Assembly (NCBI GenBank): GCA_951406725.2 | Contig: OX597818.1 | Location: 123,256,001-123,320,000, forward strand | Source: Octopus vulgaris | Taxonomy: Eukaryota | Length of the DNA stretch: 64,000 nucleotides | Direction of reading: 5' to 3' | Shown here: positions 28,272 through 42,131 of the stretch, one piece after another | How positions within the stretch are numbered: the first letter of the stretch is position 1 | Layout: the number at the start of each line of letters is the position of its first letter | The notes under the pieces: model-generated | What the model saw: the letters and a program-made list of their open reading frames with translations, nothing else | The model's database searches: none | What the model was told of the DNA's origin: nothing | Position numbers and translations under genes: made by a program

Positions 28272-31147
28272 ATTTTGAACCCAGTATCTTAAACTTGCAT
28301 TATCCTGTTTCTAATTCCCTTTAAAAGCCGTTTAAGTGTCATGTGAAGGAGGTGTGACCGCTATTTCTAACACCACGATCCATTTTCTGTGGAAGTCAGA
28401 TACCTAGATCTCAACATTTTGTTTCCATGATGTCTTTATATTTTTGAACCCAGTATCTAAAACTTCCATTATCCGGTTTCTAATTCCCTTTAAAAGCCGT
28501 TTAAGTGTCATGTGAAGGAGGTTTGGCCGCTATTTCTAACACCACGATCCATTTTCTGTGGAGGTCAGATACCTAGATCTCAACATTTTGTTTCCATGAT
28601 GTCTTTATATTTTTGAACCCAGTATCTAAAACTTGCATTATCCGGTTTCTAATTCCCTTTAAAAGCCGTTTTAGTGTCATGTGAAGGATGTTTGGCCGCT
28701 ATTTCTAACACCACGATCTATTTTCTGTGGAAGTCAGATACCAAGATCTCAACATTTTGTTTCCATGATGTCTTTATATTTTTGAACTCAGTATCTAAAA
28801 TTTGCATTATCCGGTCTCTAATTCCCTTTAAAAGCCGTTTAAGTGTCATGTGAAGGAGGTGTGGCCGCTATTTCTAACACCACGATCCATTTTCTGTGGA
28901 AGTCAGATACCAAGATCTCAACATTTTGTTTCCATGATGTCTTTATATTTTTGAACCCAGTATTTAAAACTTGCATTATCCGGTTACTAATTCCCTTTAA
29001 AAGCCGTTTTAGTGTCATGTGAAGGAGGTTTGGCAGCTATTTCTAACACCACGATCCATTTTCTGTGGAAGTCAGGTACCAAGATCTCAACATTTTGTTT
29101 CCATGATGTCTTTATATTTTTGAACCCAGTATCTAAAACTTGCATTATCCGGTTTCTAATTCCCTTTAAAAGACGTTTTAGTGTCATGTGAAGGAGGTGT
29201 GACCGCTATTTCTAACACCACGATCCATTTTCTGTGGAAGTCAAATACCTAGATCTCAACATTTTGTTTCCATGATGTCTTTATATTTTTGAACCCAGTA
29301 TTTAAAACTTGCATTATCCGGTTTCTAATTCCCTTTAAAAGACGTTTTAGTGTCATGTGAAGGAGGTTTGGCCGCTATTTCTAACACCACGATCTATTTT
29401 CTGTGGAAGTCAGATACCAAGATCTCAACATTTTGTTTCCATGATGTCTTTATATTTTTGAACCCAGTATCTAAAACTTGCATTATCCGGTTTCTAATTC
29501 CCTTTAAAAGCCGTTTTAGTGTCATGTGAAGGAGGTTTGGCCGCTATTTCTAACACCACGATCTATTTTCTGTGGAAGTCAGATACCAAGATCTCAACAT
29601 TTTGTTTCCATGATGTCTTTATATTTTTGAACCCAGTATCTAAAACTTGCATTATCCGGTTTCTAATTCCCTTTAAAAGCCGTTTAAGTGTCATGTGAAG
29701 GAGGTTTGGCCGCTATTTCTAACACCACGATCTATTTTCTGTGGAAGTCAGATACCTAGATCTCAACATTTTGTTTCCATGATGTCTTTATATTTTTGAA
29801 CTCAGTATCTAAAACTTGCATTATCCGGTTTCTAATTCCCTTTAAAAGACGTTTTAGTGTCATGTGAAGGATGTTTGGCCGCTATTTCTAACACCACGAT
29901 CCATTTTCTGTGGAAGTCAGATACCTAGATCTCAACATTTTGTTTCCATGATGTCTTCATATTTTTTAACTCAGTATCTAAAACTTGCATTATCCGGTTT
30001 CTAATTCCCTTTAAAAGACGTTTTAGTGTCATGTGAATGAGGTTTGGCCGCTATTTCTAACACCACGATCTATTTTCTGTGGAAGTCAGATACCTAGATC
30101 TCAACATTTTGTTTCCATGATGTCTTTATATTTTTGAACCCAGTATCTAAAACTTGCATTATCCGGTTTCTAATTCCCTTTAAAAGCCGTTTTAGTGTCA
30201 TGTGAAGGAGGTTTGGCCGCTATTTCTAACACCACCATCCATTTTCTGTGGAAGTCAGATACCTAGGTCTCAACATTTTGTTTCCATGATGTCTTCATAT
30301 TTTTGAACTCAGTATAAAAAAACTTGCATTATCCGGTTTCTAATTCCCTTTAAAAGCCGTTTTAGTGTCATGTGAAGGAGGTGTGACCGCTATTTCTAAC
30401 ACCACCATCCATTTTCTGTGGAAGTCAGATACCTAGATCTCAACATTTTGTTTCCATGATGTCTTCATATTTTTGAACTCAGTATCTAAAACTTGCATTA
30501 TCCGGTTTCTAATTCCCTTTAAAAGCCGTTTTAGTGTCAGGTGAAGGAGGTTTGGCCGCTATTTCTAACACCACGATCCATTTTCTGTGGAAGTCAGATA
30601 CCTAGATCTCAACATTTTGTTTCCATGATGTCTTTATATTTTTGAACTCAGTATCTAAAACTTGCATTATCCGGTTTCTAATTCCCTTTAAAAGCCGTTT
30701 TAGTGTCATGTGAAGGAGGTTTGGCCGCTATTTCTAACACCACGATCCATTTTCTGTGGAAGTCAGATACCTAGATCTCAATATTTTGTTTCCATGATGT
30801 CTTCATATTTTTGAACCCAGTATCTAAAACTTGCATTATCCGGTTTCTAATTCCCTTTAAAAGCCGTTTTAGTGTCAGGTGAAGGATGTGTGGCCGCTAT
30901 TTCTAACACTACGATCCATTTTCTGTGGAAGTCAGATACCTAGATCTCAACATTTTGTTTCCATGATGTCTTTATATTTTTGAACTCAGTATCTAAAACT
31001 TGCATTATCCGGTTTCTAATTCCCTTTAAAAGCCGTTTTAGTGTCATGTGAAGGAGGTTTGGCCGCTATTTCTAACACCACGATCCATTTTCTGTGGAGG
31101 TCAAATACCTAGATCTCAACATTATGTTTCCATGATGTCTTTATATT
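28272..31147. repeat. Tandem satellite, 17 copies of a 169-bp unit
   Basis: The TGAAC anchor recurs at 28276, 28445, 28614 ... 30981, with a 169-bp period (one unit is 170 bp). Copies are highly similar. Confidence 0.95.
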
Positions 31148-31503
31148 ATTCTTTAATCAATCTAGTAACTGCATTTGTTTATTTTATTATATTGATCTTA
31201 GCTGCAATAAAGATTTCAAGATGATTTCACCGCTGTTATGCTTTTGTTGCTGTTTTCGTTTAGCCCTACTTCAGCCTTGAAGAGCTATAGTTCAGATGAT
31301 CAAAGACATAACAGCCATAAAATACCCAGGCTTATATTTGATCTTTCTAGAATTACAGTTTCTCATGCATGCTTCCTGTTTGAAGACGAGAAATTGAAAA
31401 TTTGACAAGGCAGTCAGTCACCCGCTGACACTCGTTGACGCTACATCGAAGAGGCCAGGGAACAGAAGAAAGAAAGAAGAAAGAATACATACACCCAACA
31501 CCA

Positions 31504-31583
31504 GAGCTGAAGACACCTCCGAAAGGGGGGGTGGCACGTCAACTAGGTAGAGGAGTAGGGGCTGAAACCGGACGTGGTTCCTC
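31504..31583 (+). ncRNA. Possible degenerate hammerhead motif
   Basis: GAG-CUGAAGA-(CACCUCC gaaa GGGGGGGUG hairpin)...GAAA-CCGGACGUGG-UUC-CUC. The stem III register is imperfect. Confidence 0.3.
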
Positions 31584-31730
31584 CTGATGATGACTTGAGC
31601 TAACTGGATCCTATAAAGCTGTTGTGGTAGCAGACCACGAAATACGGTTGAAATTCTTTTAAGGAAGATTTGGCCACTATTTCCTGTAGATAGTTCAACT
31701 AACTACAGCCATTTTATGTCGTTACAAAAG

Positions 31731-32375
31731 CGGCGAGCTGACAGAATCGTTAGCACGCAAGGCGGCGAGCTAGCAGAATCGTTAGCACGCTTGGCGAAAT
31801 GCTAAGCAGTATTTCGTCTGCCGCTACGTTCTGAGTTCAAATTCCGCCGTGGTCGACTTTGCCTTTCATCCTTTCGGGGTAGATTAAATAAGTACCAGTT
31901 ACGCACTGGGGTCGATGTAATCGACTTAATCCATTTGTCTGTCCTTGTTTGTCCTCTCTGTGTTTAGCCCCTTGTGGGTAGTAAAGAAATAGGTATTTCG
32001 TCTGTCTTTACGTTCTGAGTTTAAATTCCGCCGAGGTCGACTTTGCTTTTCATCCTTTCGGGGTCGATAAAGTAAGTACCAGTTACGCACTGGGGTCGAT
32101 GTAATCGACTTAATCCGTTTGTCTGTTCATGTTTGTCTCCTCTATGTTTAGCCCCTTGTGGGCAATAAAGAAATAAGAATCGTTAGCACGCCGGCCAAAA
32201 TGCTTAGCAGCATTTCATCCATCTTTACATTCTGGGTTCAAATGCCGCCGGGATCGACTTTGGTTTTCATCCTTTCGGTATCGATAAAATAAGTACCAGT
32301 TCAGCACTGGGGCTTATGTAATCGAACCTAGCCCTTCCCCACAAAATAACTGGCTTTATACTAAGATTTAAGCCA
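31731..32375 (+). mobile_element. SINE family B nested trimer
   Basis: Three cores. AGAATCGTTAGCACGC is repeated at about 31743, 31776 and 32176. Confidence 0.85.
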
Positions 32376-33409
32376 TTATTATATGCCATTGCTGTCGTTA
32401 TTGATATTGCCATAGCTTTTATTGCTACTGAATAGTCCTATGTTAGTCCTAATTGTACAAATATTTGTGCAAATGTATCTTATTCGCTACCATCACGCCA
32501 TTTAGGGACATACAGCATTGCATTCTTCAGTAAAACCTTCTATTATTTGAAGACGGTGGAGTGGGATTAGTGAAATAATTAGCTTCTATTTCGAGTAAAG
32601 AAGGGGCTTAGATGCTCCTGTGTTCATCTTTGGTTCGACTGTTGTTTTTGTCGACGTCGCTGTTGTCTTTTTGATCCAGTGTTAGCTCTGAGCTAGCAGA
32701 AGAAAAAGCGTTTTCAACAGGTCGTCAACTCAACCTTTGTACGCTGTAAATTGTGACACTATGAGAACAGTTTCCCCCATTTATCATGTAGGTGATCGAT
32801 CAAACATATACCAATTAAGAGAGGAGGAACTGTTAAAGTGTTGGGCAAAATGTTTTGTTTTATTTCCCCCAGCTTTCGAGTTCTGCCAACAATGTCTTTC
32901 ACGATACTGCTACCAAGCTGTTTCAGCCGAAGGCAGTATTCTCTCCCTTGGATAAGCATCATTATCATAAAGAGGGAAGACTTACATGCTTGAACAACTA
33001 CTAGTCTTTCTCAATTAAATCCTACTGTCCTGTTCATATACACGAGCAAATTCCTGATCAGGCTAATCCGACGAAGAACCTAACACGAAATAAACTATTA
33101 GTAATAGCTACACACTGATACAAACATCCTGAAGCTTTTTTTTAATATCCTATTCTTAGACTCAATCCAGATCAAAATGGATGTTCTTTTTCTCTCGGAG
33201 AAATAGAAACAATGCGTGAAGGTAAATGCGTGCAACTGACTTTCAAAAGATATTCATAGCCATGACAATATCTGTAAATTAGCCAACTTGGGTCGATTTA
33301 ATCCACATAGCTCCTCCCTCAAAACTGCTGGCCTTATGCCAAAATTTGAAACAATATTATTATTATTATATTATATATTATTATTATTATTAAAATTTGA
33401 AATACTATT

Positions 33410-33501
<92 letters not shown>

Positions 33502-33502
<1 letters not shown>

Positions 33503-34056
33503 GAGTGAGAGAGCAGTGCATGCCATCAAAGTGACACTGGGGTAAAATATACGAAGCCCAATATACCCATCATGACTACCCGTCTGATAAAGGTACACCA
33601 GGCACATGCATCACAACCATATGTGCGCGACATGGTGATCTCATATCAAGGTAAACAGCGCATGACCTTGCAGGTGGGGCTCAGTTAGAATTTTCTTCAG
33701 GTTGAGTAGCCCATCCCGCTCAAAAGGTCCCTGAATAAGGGTTGTTTAAGCATGTTGAAAGAACCACCCATGTTTCCAGAGGTGAATTATTCAAACCCCA
33801 AAGAATCTCTCTCATATATGTCCTTAATGCCCCCCCACTACTTCTGCTCGTGATCAGAGATGCACATATCGTCAGCCACAAAGGGACATGGTCAACTGGT
33901 TAAGGTCAAACAACTGACACGCAAATCTGTGGTATTGAACAGCATATTTGTTGTAGCCCATCTTTTATACCAAGACAAAACAATGTGCATGATAACACTT
34001 CCAATCAGTTAAGATAAAAAGCCAAGGGAGCTACTGCCTGGTACAGCATCAGGGCA
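33502..34056. mobile_element. Non-coding insertion within (TTA)n, probably Dong-associated
   Basis: A 555-bp complex sequence bounded by TTA repeats on both sides, with no ORF. Confidence 0.45.
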
Positions 34057-34286
34057 ATTATTATTCGCCGCCTACATAGAAAGTATTTTGCGTAAGCGGC
34101 GAACCGGCAGAATCGTTAGTACCACTGGACGAAATTTCCTCCGTCGTTACGTTCTGAGTTCAAATTCCACCGGGTCGACTTTGCTTATCATCCTTTTGGG
34201 GTCGAGAAAATGAGTACCTGTCGAGTACTGGGGTCGACGTAATCGACTTATCCTAACTTGCTGGCTTTGTACCGAAATTTGAAACG

Positions 34287-34335
<49 letters not shown>

Positions 34336-34336
34336 T

Positions 34337-34991
34337 ATGTTTGACTTTTGCTTTATGTCTGTACAAGTTGGCTCCAAGTCTCACCCAGAGACCTCAAGAG
34401 ACAACAGGTTGGAAGTTCTGTGCCATATATTTGGGTTTTTTTTTTTTTGGTGTTGTACTAGTGAATGTCTAATACATAAAAATTAAAAATAAATAAATAA
34501 ATTTTTTAAAAAATAATAATAATAAAAAATAAATAAATAAATAAACAAAAAAGTTTGTTTTAAACCTTGGGATTACATAGAGAGTATTTTGCGTAGGATA
34601 TGAGCAGTTCCCATGAGCACTATCTTTTGAATTTCTGCCATTTTGGGGTTTCCTGGTATCTGAGTTAGGTAGCAATCAGTCCCTTTCGCTATCATTCCCA
34701 GGGCACCTATGACAACAGGTATTGTTTTAGTCTTCAGCTTCCACATTTTGCTGATTTCTATTTCAAGATCTTTATATTTGCTCAGTTTTTGGTAGGTCTT
34801 GACAGATACGTTTATATCGATTGGGACAGTCATATCAATGAGGAGGCATGTTCTTTGTCTGAAGTCTTTCAATATAATGTCTGGCCTATTTGCATCTATC
34901 TTCCTGTCAGTTTGAATGGTGAAGTTCTAGAGGAGTGAGATGTGGTCATTTTCAAGCACAGGAGGTGGATTGTGTTCCCACCAGTTTTTTA

Positions 34992-34993
<2 letters not shown>
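34337..34993 (-). mobile_element. 5'-truncated R4/Dong-like non-LTR retrotransposon (RLE endonuclease) in (TAA)n
   Basis: Minus frame ...IDANRPDIILKD...LIDMTVP...KLSKYKDL...PVVIGALG, a PD-(D/E)xK RLE. Both flanks are (TTA)n. Confidence 0.85.
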
Positions 34994-35085
<92 letters not shown>

Positions 35086-35715
35086 GGCTGGTAGCTATAG
35101 CGAAGAAGGTTGTTTGGTGGACAAGGCTGAAATGCATGAGGACAAATACATCATTCCTCTTTGCTACAGCTGCCATTGACTTCTTCAGGTTTCTCTTGAG
35201 AAGGAAATTGAGAGTGGAGATGGAAGTGCTGTCCTCGAGTGAGATTATTGAAAGATGAGTGACAGTTGCAAAAATGGCAAGAGTGGATGGTACCTCTCTA
35301 AGAGTAGACATGTGAATCAGAGAGAAGGAATTGGAGAGAGCACTTGCTCCTGGGTTTTCAGAAGAATCTTGGACCGTGGAGTTCCTTGATTATCCCAAGA
35401 GGCCTTCTTGCATCAGTAGGACTACATCCCTATCATACTCCCCGACACTTTTTTTCAAACATACCTTTGTATGCTATGCATATATCTCTTCTTTTGCAGC
35501 GTATCCGTGTACACTTACTTATTTTCTTGCTTGCTTGCTTCCTTTCTTTCCTGCTTTCTTTCTATCTTTCTTTCTTTCTTCTTTCTTTCTTTCTTTCTTA
35601 TTTCTTTCTTTCTTTCTGTTATAATCATTCCATTATATGCAAACGCCACACTTAACGTCTGCCTTTGTATTGCCCCCCCCCCATCCTTCGCCCTTGTGGC
35701 AAATAAATGAATGCT
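35086..35715 (+). mobile_element. Tx1/L1-like LINE 3' fragment
   Basis: IDFFRFLLRRKLRVEMEVL is homologous to the frame near 44700 on the minus strand. Tail CCCTTGTGGCAAATAAA. Confidence 0.6.
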
Positions 35716-35758
35716 TTATTATTATTATTATTTTTATTATTATCATTATTATTATTAT

Positions 35759-35799
<41 letters not shown>

Positions 35800-35836
35800 T
35801 CAGCGGCGGCAGCAGCAGCAGCAGTGGTAGTAGTAG

Positions 35837-35881
<45 letters not shown>

Positions 35882-36094
35882 AGGCGGCGAGCTGGCAGAA
35901 TGGTTAGCACCCCGGGCAAAAAGTTAGGCGGTATTTCGTCCGTCATTACGTTCTGAATTCAAATCCCGCCGCGATCGACTTTCACTTTCGTTCTTTTGAT
36001 ATTGATAAAATAAGTACCAGTGACACACTGGAGTTGATATAATTGCCTAGTCCCCTCACCTGAAATTTCAGGCTTTGTGCCTTTAGTAGAAAGG

Positions 36095-36096
<2 letters not shown>
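35882..36096 (+). mobile_element. SINE family B (diverged)
   Basis: Head AAGGCGGCGAGCTGGCAGAA. Further copies lie at about 34096-34287, 56320-56520 and 17063-17195. Confidence 0.7.
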
Positions 36097-36159
<63 letters not shown>

Positions 36160-36341
36160 TTTTTTTCTTCTTTCAAATTATTTCTTAGTGTCTTCCCGAC
36201 TCCTAGGGCAAAGAAACTCATAGTATACATTAGGCCATTAAACCAAACTCAGTAGTTCGTTCATTTTTTTTTTTTTTTTTATTAGTTAAATTAAAATACA
36301 TGAGCAGCAACAGTTCTCACATCGACAATGTTCTTCTCAAA

Positions 36342-36383
36342 TTATTATCATTATTATTATTATCATCATTATTATTATCATCA

Positions 36384-36444
<61 letters not shown>

Positions 36445-36485
36445 CATCATTATTATTATCATTATTATTATCATTATTATTATCA

Positions 36486-36540
<55 letters not shown>

Positions 36541-36612
36541 CATTATTATTATCATCATCATTATTATCATTATTATTATTATTATTATTAGTTGTTGTTG
36601 TTGTTGTTGTTT
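36342..36612. repeat. (TTA/TCA)n trinucleotide field
   Basis: Direct reading. Confidence 0.9.
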
Positions 36613-37489
36613 TGTTGTGGTAATAGTAGTCGTTGATGTTGCTACTGTTGTTCAATAATTATGATCATGATGATGAGATGGAAGAGGAGAAGGCGGCACA
36701 GAACGAAGGGGGGAGGGGAGCATTAAAAAGTAGAATGAGTAGAATAACGACGCGAATGAGGATGACCATAATAGCGATGATGACGATGACGACGACCACG
36801 ACGACGACGACGGCGGCGGCGGCGACTGCGCAATGCACGGGGAAGAGAAACAAAAGAAGAAAGAAAAAAAAACACATAATAGAAAACAGACTGCAAGCAA
36901 GATTCTAATTCAGAACTGTAATGCATCAAACGTGATGCAGCAAAGCAATCAGTTGGCCGCTGCGCTTGTGCATCATAATCACATACATGAAGCAATGTTT
37001 ATTATTAAAGTTGCATGCACATGTGTAATGAACTGGTCTCTGTTGTAATTAAGAAGCAGTCATGTGCAACAAACTGCTTTACATGTGCCGTCATGTAGCT
37101 TTATGAAAAACAGCACCGGTAACTATGGCTTCACTCAATGATATATTATTCCAGTATTGATTTTCATAATCTCTCCCCGTTTCAATATCTCCCTCTTTCT
37201 TTCTCTGTCTGTCCCATTTTCTCCCTCCCTACTCTCTTTCTTCCACTGTCTGTCTGTCCCATTTTCTCCCTCCCTACTTTCTTTCTTCCACTGTCTCTCT
37301 CTCCCTCTCTCTCTCTCCGTCTGTCTATCTATCTATCATTCTGTCGCACTCATTTTTCTCTACATTTCTCGGTAAGAACTTATACAACACACAGACACAC
37401 ACATATGTCTATCGCCTTACCTAACAGTTTACCACTACATCTCTTTCTGTATTTTGACCTGCTTTTTTATTTCCCTATGCAGACAGCCT

Positions 37490-37586
<97 letters not shown>

Positions 37587-37681
37587 GTTATAGCCAACAC
37601 AGGCAATGCCCCAGTCCAGTAAGTGGAACAAGTATTAGACATAGCCTGGGCCAATCTTTGCTCGAATCATATATAAATTAT

Positions 37682-37682
37682 G

Positions 37683-37771
<89 letters not shown>

Positions 37772-37937
37772 CGTATGTATGTATGTACGTATGTATGTAC
37801 GTATGTATGTATACATGTATGTATGTATATATATATGTGTGTATATATATATGTGTATACATGTATATATATATATATGTATATTTACATGCATACACAC
37901 ATGCATATATATAATATATATATATATATGAATATAC

Positions 37938-37982
<45 letters not shown>

Positions 37983-37983
37983 C

Positions 37984-38051
<68 letters not shown>
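37682..38051. repeat. Mixed (TA)n/(TATG)n field
   Basis: Direct reading. Confidence 0.9.
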
Positions 38052-38054
<3 letters not shown>

Positions 38055-38269
38055 CTATTTTATCTACCTCGTCAGCTACTTATCGATCTATATTTCTGCT
38101 TTCCATATCAGTCAACCGTTCAAAATGTGAGCGCATGTGTGTGTGTATATGCGTGCGTGAGTGTGTGCGTGAGAGAGTGTATGTTAAAGAGAGAATGTGT
38201 TTTTTCTAACTATATTTACATAATGCATACACAGATTAGTACATGTATGTAAACATATGTATGTATGTA

Positions 38270-38279
38270 TATATGTGTG

Positions 38280-38314
<35 letters not shown>

Positions 38315-39513
38315 ATGTATATATATATATATATATATATATCACCGTGACCAACCAGGCTATCAGATGTTGCTACACACCGCTGGTCACAATGCGCTCC
38401 GTATTGTTTTAGCCTTCAAATGACGCCATCCCGCTGGCTAAGCGAGCTGGCCAATATATATATATATATATATATGAATGTCTGTTTTTACGCTAACCTA
38501 ATGTGCAACTCTGTACAGTTTTAGAGTACAAATTTATTATTCTTATACAAAAATGTTGTTGACGGTGACTCCGAATTGTCGGTTAGCTAAGCCATCGATG
38601 TGTGTATATGCGTAAATACATTCATAGGTAGATCAATATCATGTATGTATAGAGGAGTGTATGTGTATTTCTGTGTGTGTGCGTCTGTGTTGTGTGTGCG
38701 TATGTGCGTGTGTGTGTATGTATATGTATTGGACAGCAACTTGTATGTAACGGTTGTACCCCAGGATGACCTTAGCTTTAGAGCCTCTGAAACAAGTTAA
38801 AGCGTATATATATTAATCCTCTCCTCTCCCCCTTCTCCTCCCCCTCTTCTTCCCCTCCCCTTCTCTCCCCCTCTTCTCTCCCTCCCCCTCTTCTCCCCCT
38901 CCCCCTCTTCTCCTCACTACACCACATGACTTTACACATCACATCACATATGATGTGCCATACTAATACACACACCAACTAATACCTACTAATACGTACT
39001 AATACATTTCCTTCTCATCATCTTTTTCCATTACATACCTCATACTACACCAACCCCATACATACGCACGTCCAGACCAATCTTACGCACTAATACTCTC
39101 TCATACACACACACACACACACACACACCCTTATACATACTAATACATACACCAACCCTATACATACACACATCCAGACCCCTCCCACGCACTTTTAGCT
39201 GGTCCCTCAACCCTTTTATCAACCCTATTATCTCCCCTTATTTCGCTCTCGCGTCTCATGTTTGATCTTTGACCTCTGGCCGAAATCAGATCGCCATGTT
39301 GATTCGTTAGCTACTGCACGCATTTTTTTTCTCTCCTTCTTTCTGTGTTTTTCTCTCTCTGTGTATCTTTCTGTTGAAGAGCGTAGGCTCGAAATGTTAA
39401 AGACTTGTTTTATTTATATTTCCTGAGCGCCATACTAATACAATTGTTCGTTTGTTTTCCACCTGCCTTCGTCCTTTGTTTATTTTCATAAAGCTTCCCG
39501 TTATATATGTGTG

Positions 39514-39570
<57 letters not shown>

Positions 39571-40037
39571 CACCGTGACCAACCAGGCTATCAGATGTTG
39601 CTACACACCGCTGGTCACAATGCGCTCCGTATTGTTTTAGCCTTCAAATGACGCCATCCCGCTGGCTAAGCGAGCTGGCCAATATATATATATATATATA
39701 TGAATGTCTGTTTTTACGCTAACCTAATGTGCAACTCTGTACAGTTTTAGAGTACAAATTTATTATTCTTATACAAAAATGTTGTTGACGGTGACTCCGA
39801 ATTGTCGGTTAGCTAAGCCATCGATGTGTGTATATGCGTAAATACATTCATAGGTAGATCAATATCATATATGTATAGAGGAGTGTATGTGTATTTCTGT
39901 GTGTGCGCGTCTGTGTTGTGTGTGCGTATGTGCGTGTTTGTGTATGTATATGTATTGGACAGCAACTTGTATGTAACGGTTGGACCCCAGGATGACCTTA
40001 GCTTTAGAGCTGAAACAAGTTAAAGCGTATATATATT
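38270..40037. repeat. About 530-bp direct duplication (38270-38815 and 39503-40037)
   Basis: Near-identical sequence including a SINE tail. Offset is about 1228 bp. Confidence 0.9.
39366..39403 (+). ncRNA. Minimal hammerhead-like motif with CUGUUGA core
   Basis: UCUUU-CUGUUGA-A-GAGC-guag-GCUC-GAAA-UG-UU-AAAGA. Stems I and II are perfect. The element ends in TA at about 39502. Confidence 0.6.
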
Positions 40038-40239
40038 AGTTTCCTTCTCTCATCTTTTTCCATTCACCTCAACTTTGATTTTGCCAGCGTGTCTTTTTCT
40101 TTTTCCTTCTTCCGTATCAAATGTTCTCTCCTATTGCTAATCACGTACATAGCTCACGTTGCTTTGTACCGTATCAGTTGTAGCCTGTCTATGTGTCTGT
40201 CTGACTGTATTTATGCATGTATGCATGTATGTATGTATG

Positions 40240-40273
<34 letters not shown>

Positions 40274-40295
40274 TGTGTGTGTGTGTCTCTCTCTT

Positions 40296-41460
40296 CTATT
40301 TTTTAATTATTATAAATCTTCCACCGAAGAAGGAGCCTGTTTCTAACAAGCAAACAAAGCTCCATCTTTGGGATGTAGTTAATATAGACAAATTCACATT
40401 TAGAACTTGAGAAAAGTTTTGCATATTTTTACTGTTCCACTCACAGATTTTACTTGCAATGTATGAATCAGCCGGTCGATATCGCTTTCTGAAATTCCCT
40501 GTATAACCAGATTCTCCTTTAAGCATTTACTAACGAAACCTAGTGCTCCAGTTATTATTGGTATGAATATGAATTCATAGTCAAGATATAGAAACTGGAG
40601 GTTTTGAAGCAGATGTCTAAAGATATCTTCTTTTTCCTTGATTTTCAAAGAGATATTTATATCTGCAGGGCAGCTGACCTCTATGACCGTACATACCTTT
40701 GCCCCTCAGTACCAAACGACAATCTCTGGCATGTTATGTTTACATTTGATAGAAGTTTTGAAGGGAATATTCCACCAGTATTCTTTGAGTTGACGTTTAT
40801 GAATGTATTCCATAATCGAGGGATTTCCTACGTTTATTTCAGGACAGTCTTTCTTGCGGACGGCAATGTAAATTGTTTTAGTGATAACATCGTGCTGCAT
40901 AGGGGGGTAGTACCGTGACGTTTTAGGACAGCTGCTAATCACATGCTTGATGTGTTCCACAGAAACATGACATAGCCTACACATGCGGTTGCACCTTGGG
41001 ATTACAAGAGCGCCGCTGTCTCTCTTCTTCACAAGGCACTTAGTGGCAATCTCCTGTTCCTAGATTGTAAACGCAAGGCCTTCAAAGTGTGATGTGTTGT
41101 AGTGGTCTTGTGTCCAAGGGAGGCTGCGTTTCGTGTCAATTCTACAGTTTTCTTCAAGCTTCCGGACAACATAACCATGCATAGACTTTTTTTTGTATGA
41201 TGAGTGCTTTCCATCTAGGTCTTCTCTGTGTTAAGAGAGCCCAGCTGTTTTGGGGCTGTATGGGTCATCTGGGAGAGAGTGCTTCTTGAGGAGCTCGCTG
41301 CCAACTCGTGCTATGTCGCTCACTTCACGTTCAGCACTGCATTTATGTATTTATTTTTGCTGCTGTAGTTTAGCAGGTGCTGCCAGAGTTATACCATACG
41401 ATATTCAAAGCTATCTGCACTGATCTTAAGCCTCTACCACCTTCATTTCTTCTTTGGTAG
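40296..41460 (-). mobile_element. Decayed RLE-type non-LTR retrotransposon
   Basis: CRLCHVSVEHIKHVISSC, QHD, KHNMPEIVVW and PIITGALG motifs spread over broken ORFs. Confidence 0.75.
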
Positions 41461-41740
41461 AGCCTGTCAACATTGCTGTTTCTGTGGCTGTTCCCAGTTG
41501 TTGTCAGGATTTTGCGGGGTTTTTGTATGTATGTATGTATGTATGTTTTGTGTGTGTGTGTGTGTGTGTGTGTGCATCTGTGTATAACGAAATCTTAGAT
41601 ATACCTATAGTGACGAGTGGTTCATGGTGGAGACTATTTTTAAAATTTCATTTTATCTTCAATTAGTTACAGTTAACCTTGGTCTAAACAACAGCAACAA
41701 CATCAGTCACTAATTCTTTTATTCTTTTATTCCTTTAGTC

Positions 41741-42131
41741 TTTTACTTGTTTCAGTCATATGACTACGGCCATGCTTGAACACCAACTTTAAGGGGTTTA
41801 GTGGAACAACTCGACACCAGGAGTTATTTCTTAAGCCTAACACTTATTCTATTAGTCATTTTGTCGAACCGCTACATTACGGGGACGTAAGCACACCATC
41901 AAGCTGTGATGGGAGACAAATACAGACACAAAGACACACACACATGCACACACACGTGCGTGTGTGCTACGACGGGCTTCTTTTAGTTTCCGTCTACCAA
42001 ATCCACTCACTAGGTTTAGGTTAGCCCGAAGCTATAGTAGGAGACACCTACCCAAGGTACCACCCAGCGGGATGAACCCAGAAACATGTGCTTTGGAAGC
42101 AAGCTTCTTACAACACAGCAACACCTGCGCC
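41741..42131 (-). mobile_element. SINE family A (diverged)
   Basis: Homology to family A. Another copy lies at about 43155-43475. Confidence 0.7.

Noticed and set aside
28272-31147. Satellite as a CRISPR array or a ribozyme-containing retrozyme array
   Set aside because: There are no unique spacers. CTGTGGA has no following GAAA or stems on the plus strand, and the minus strand has no CUGANGA.
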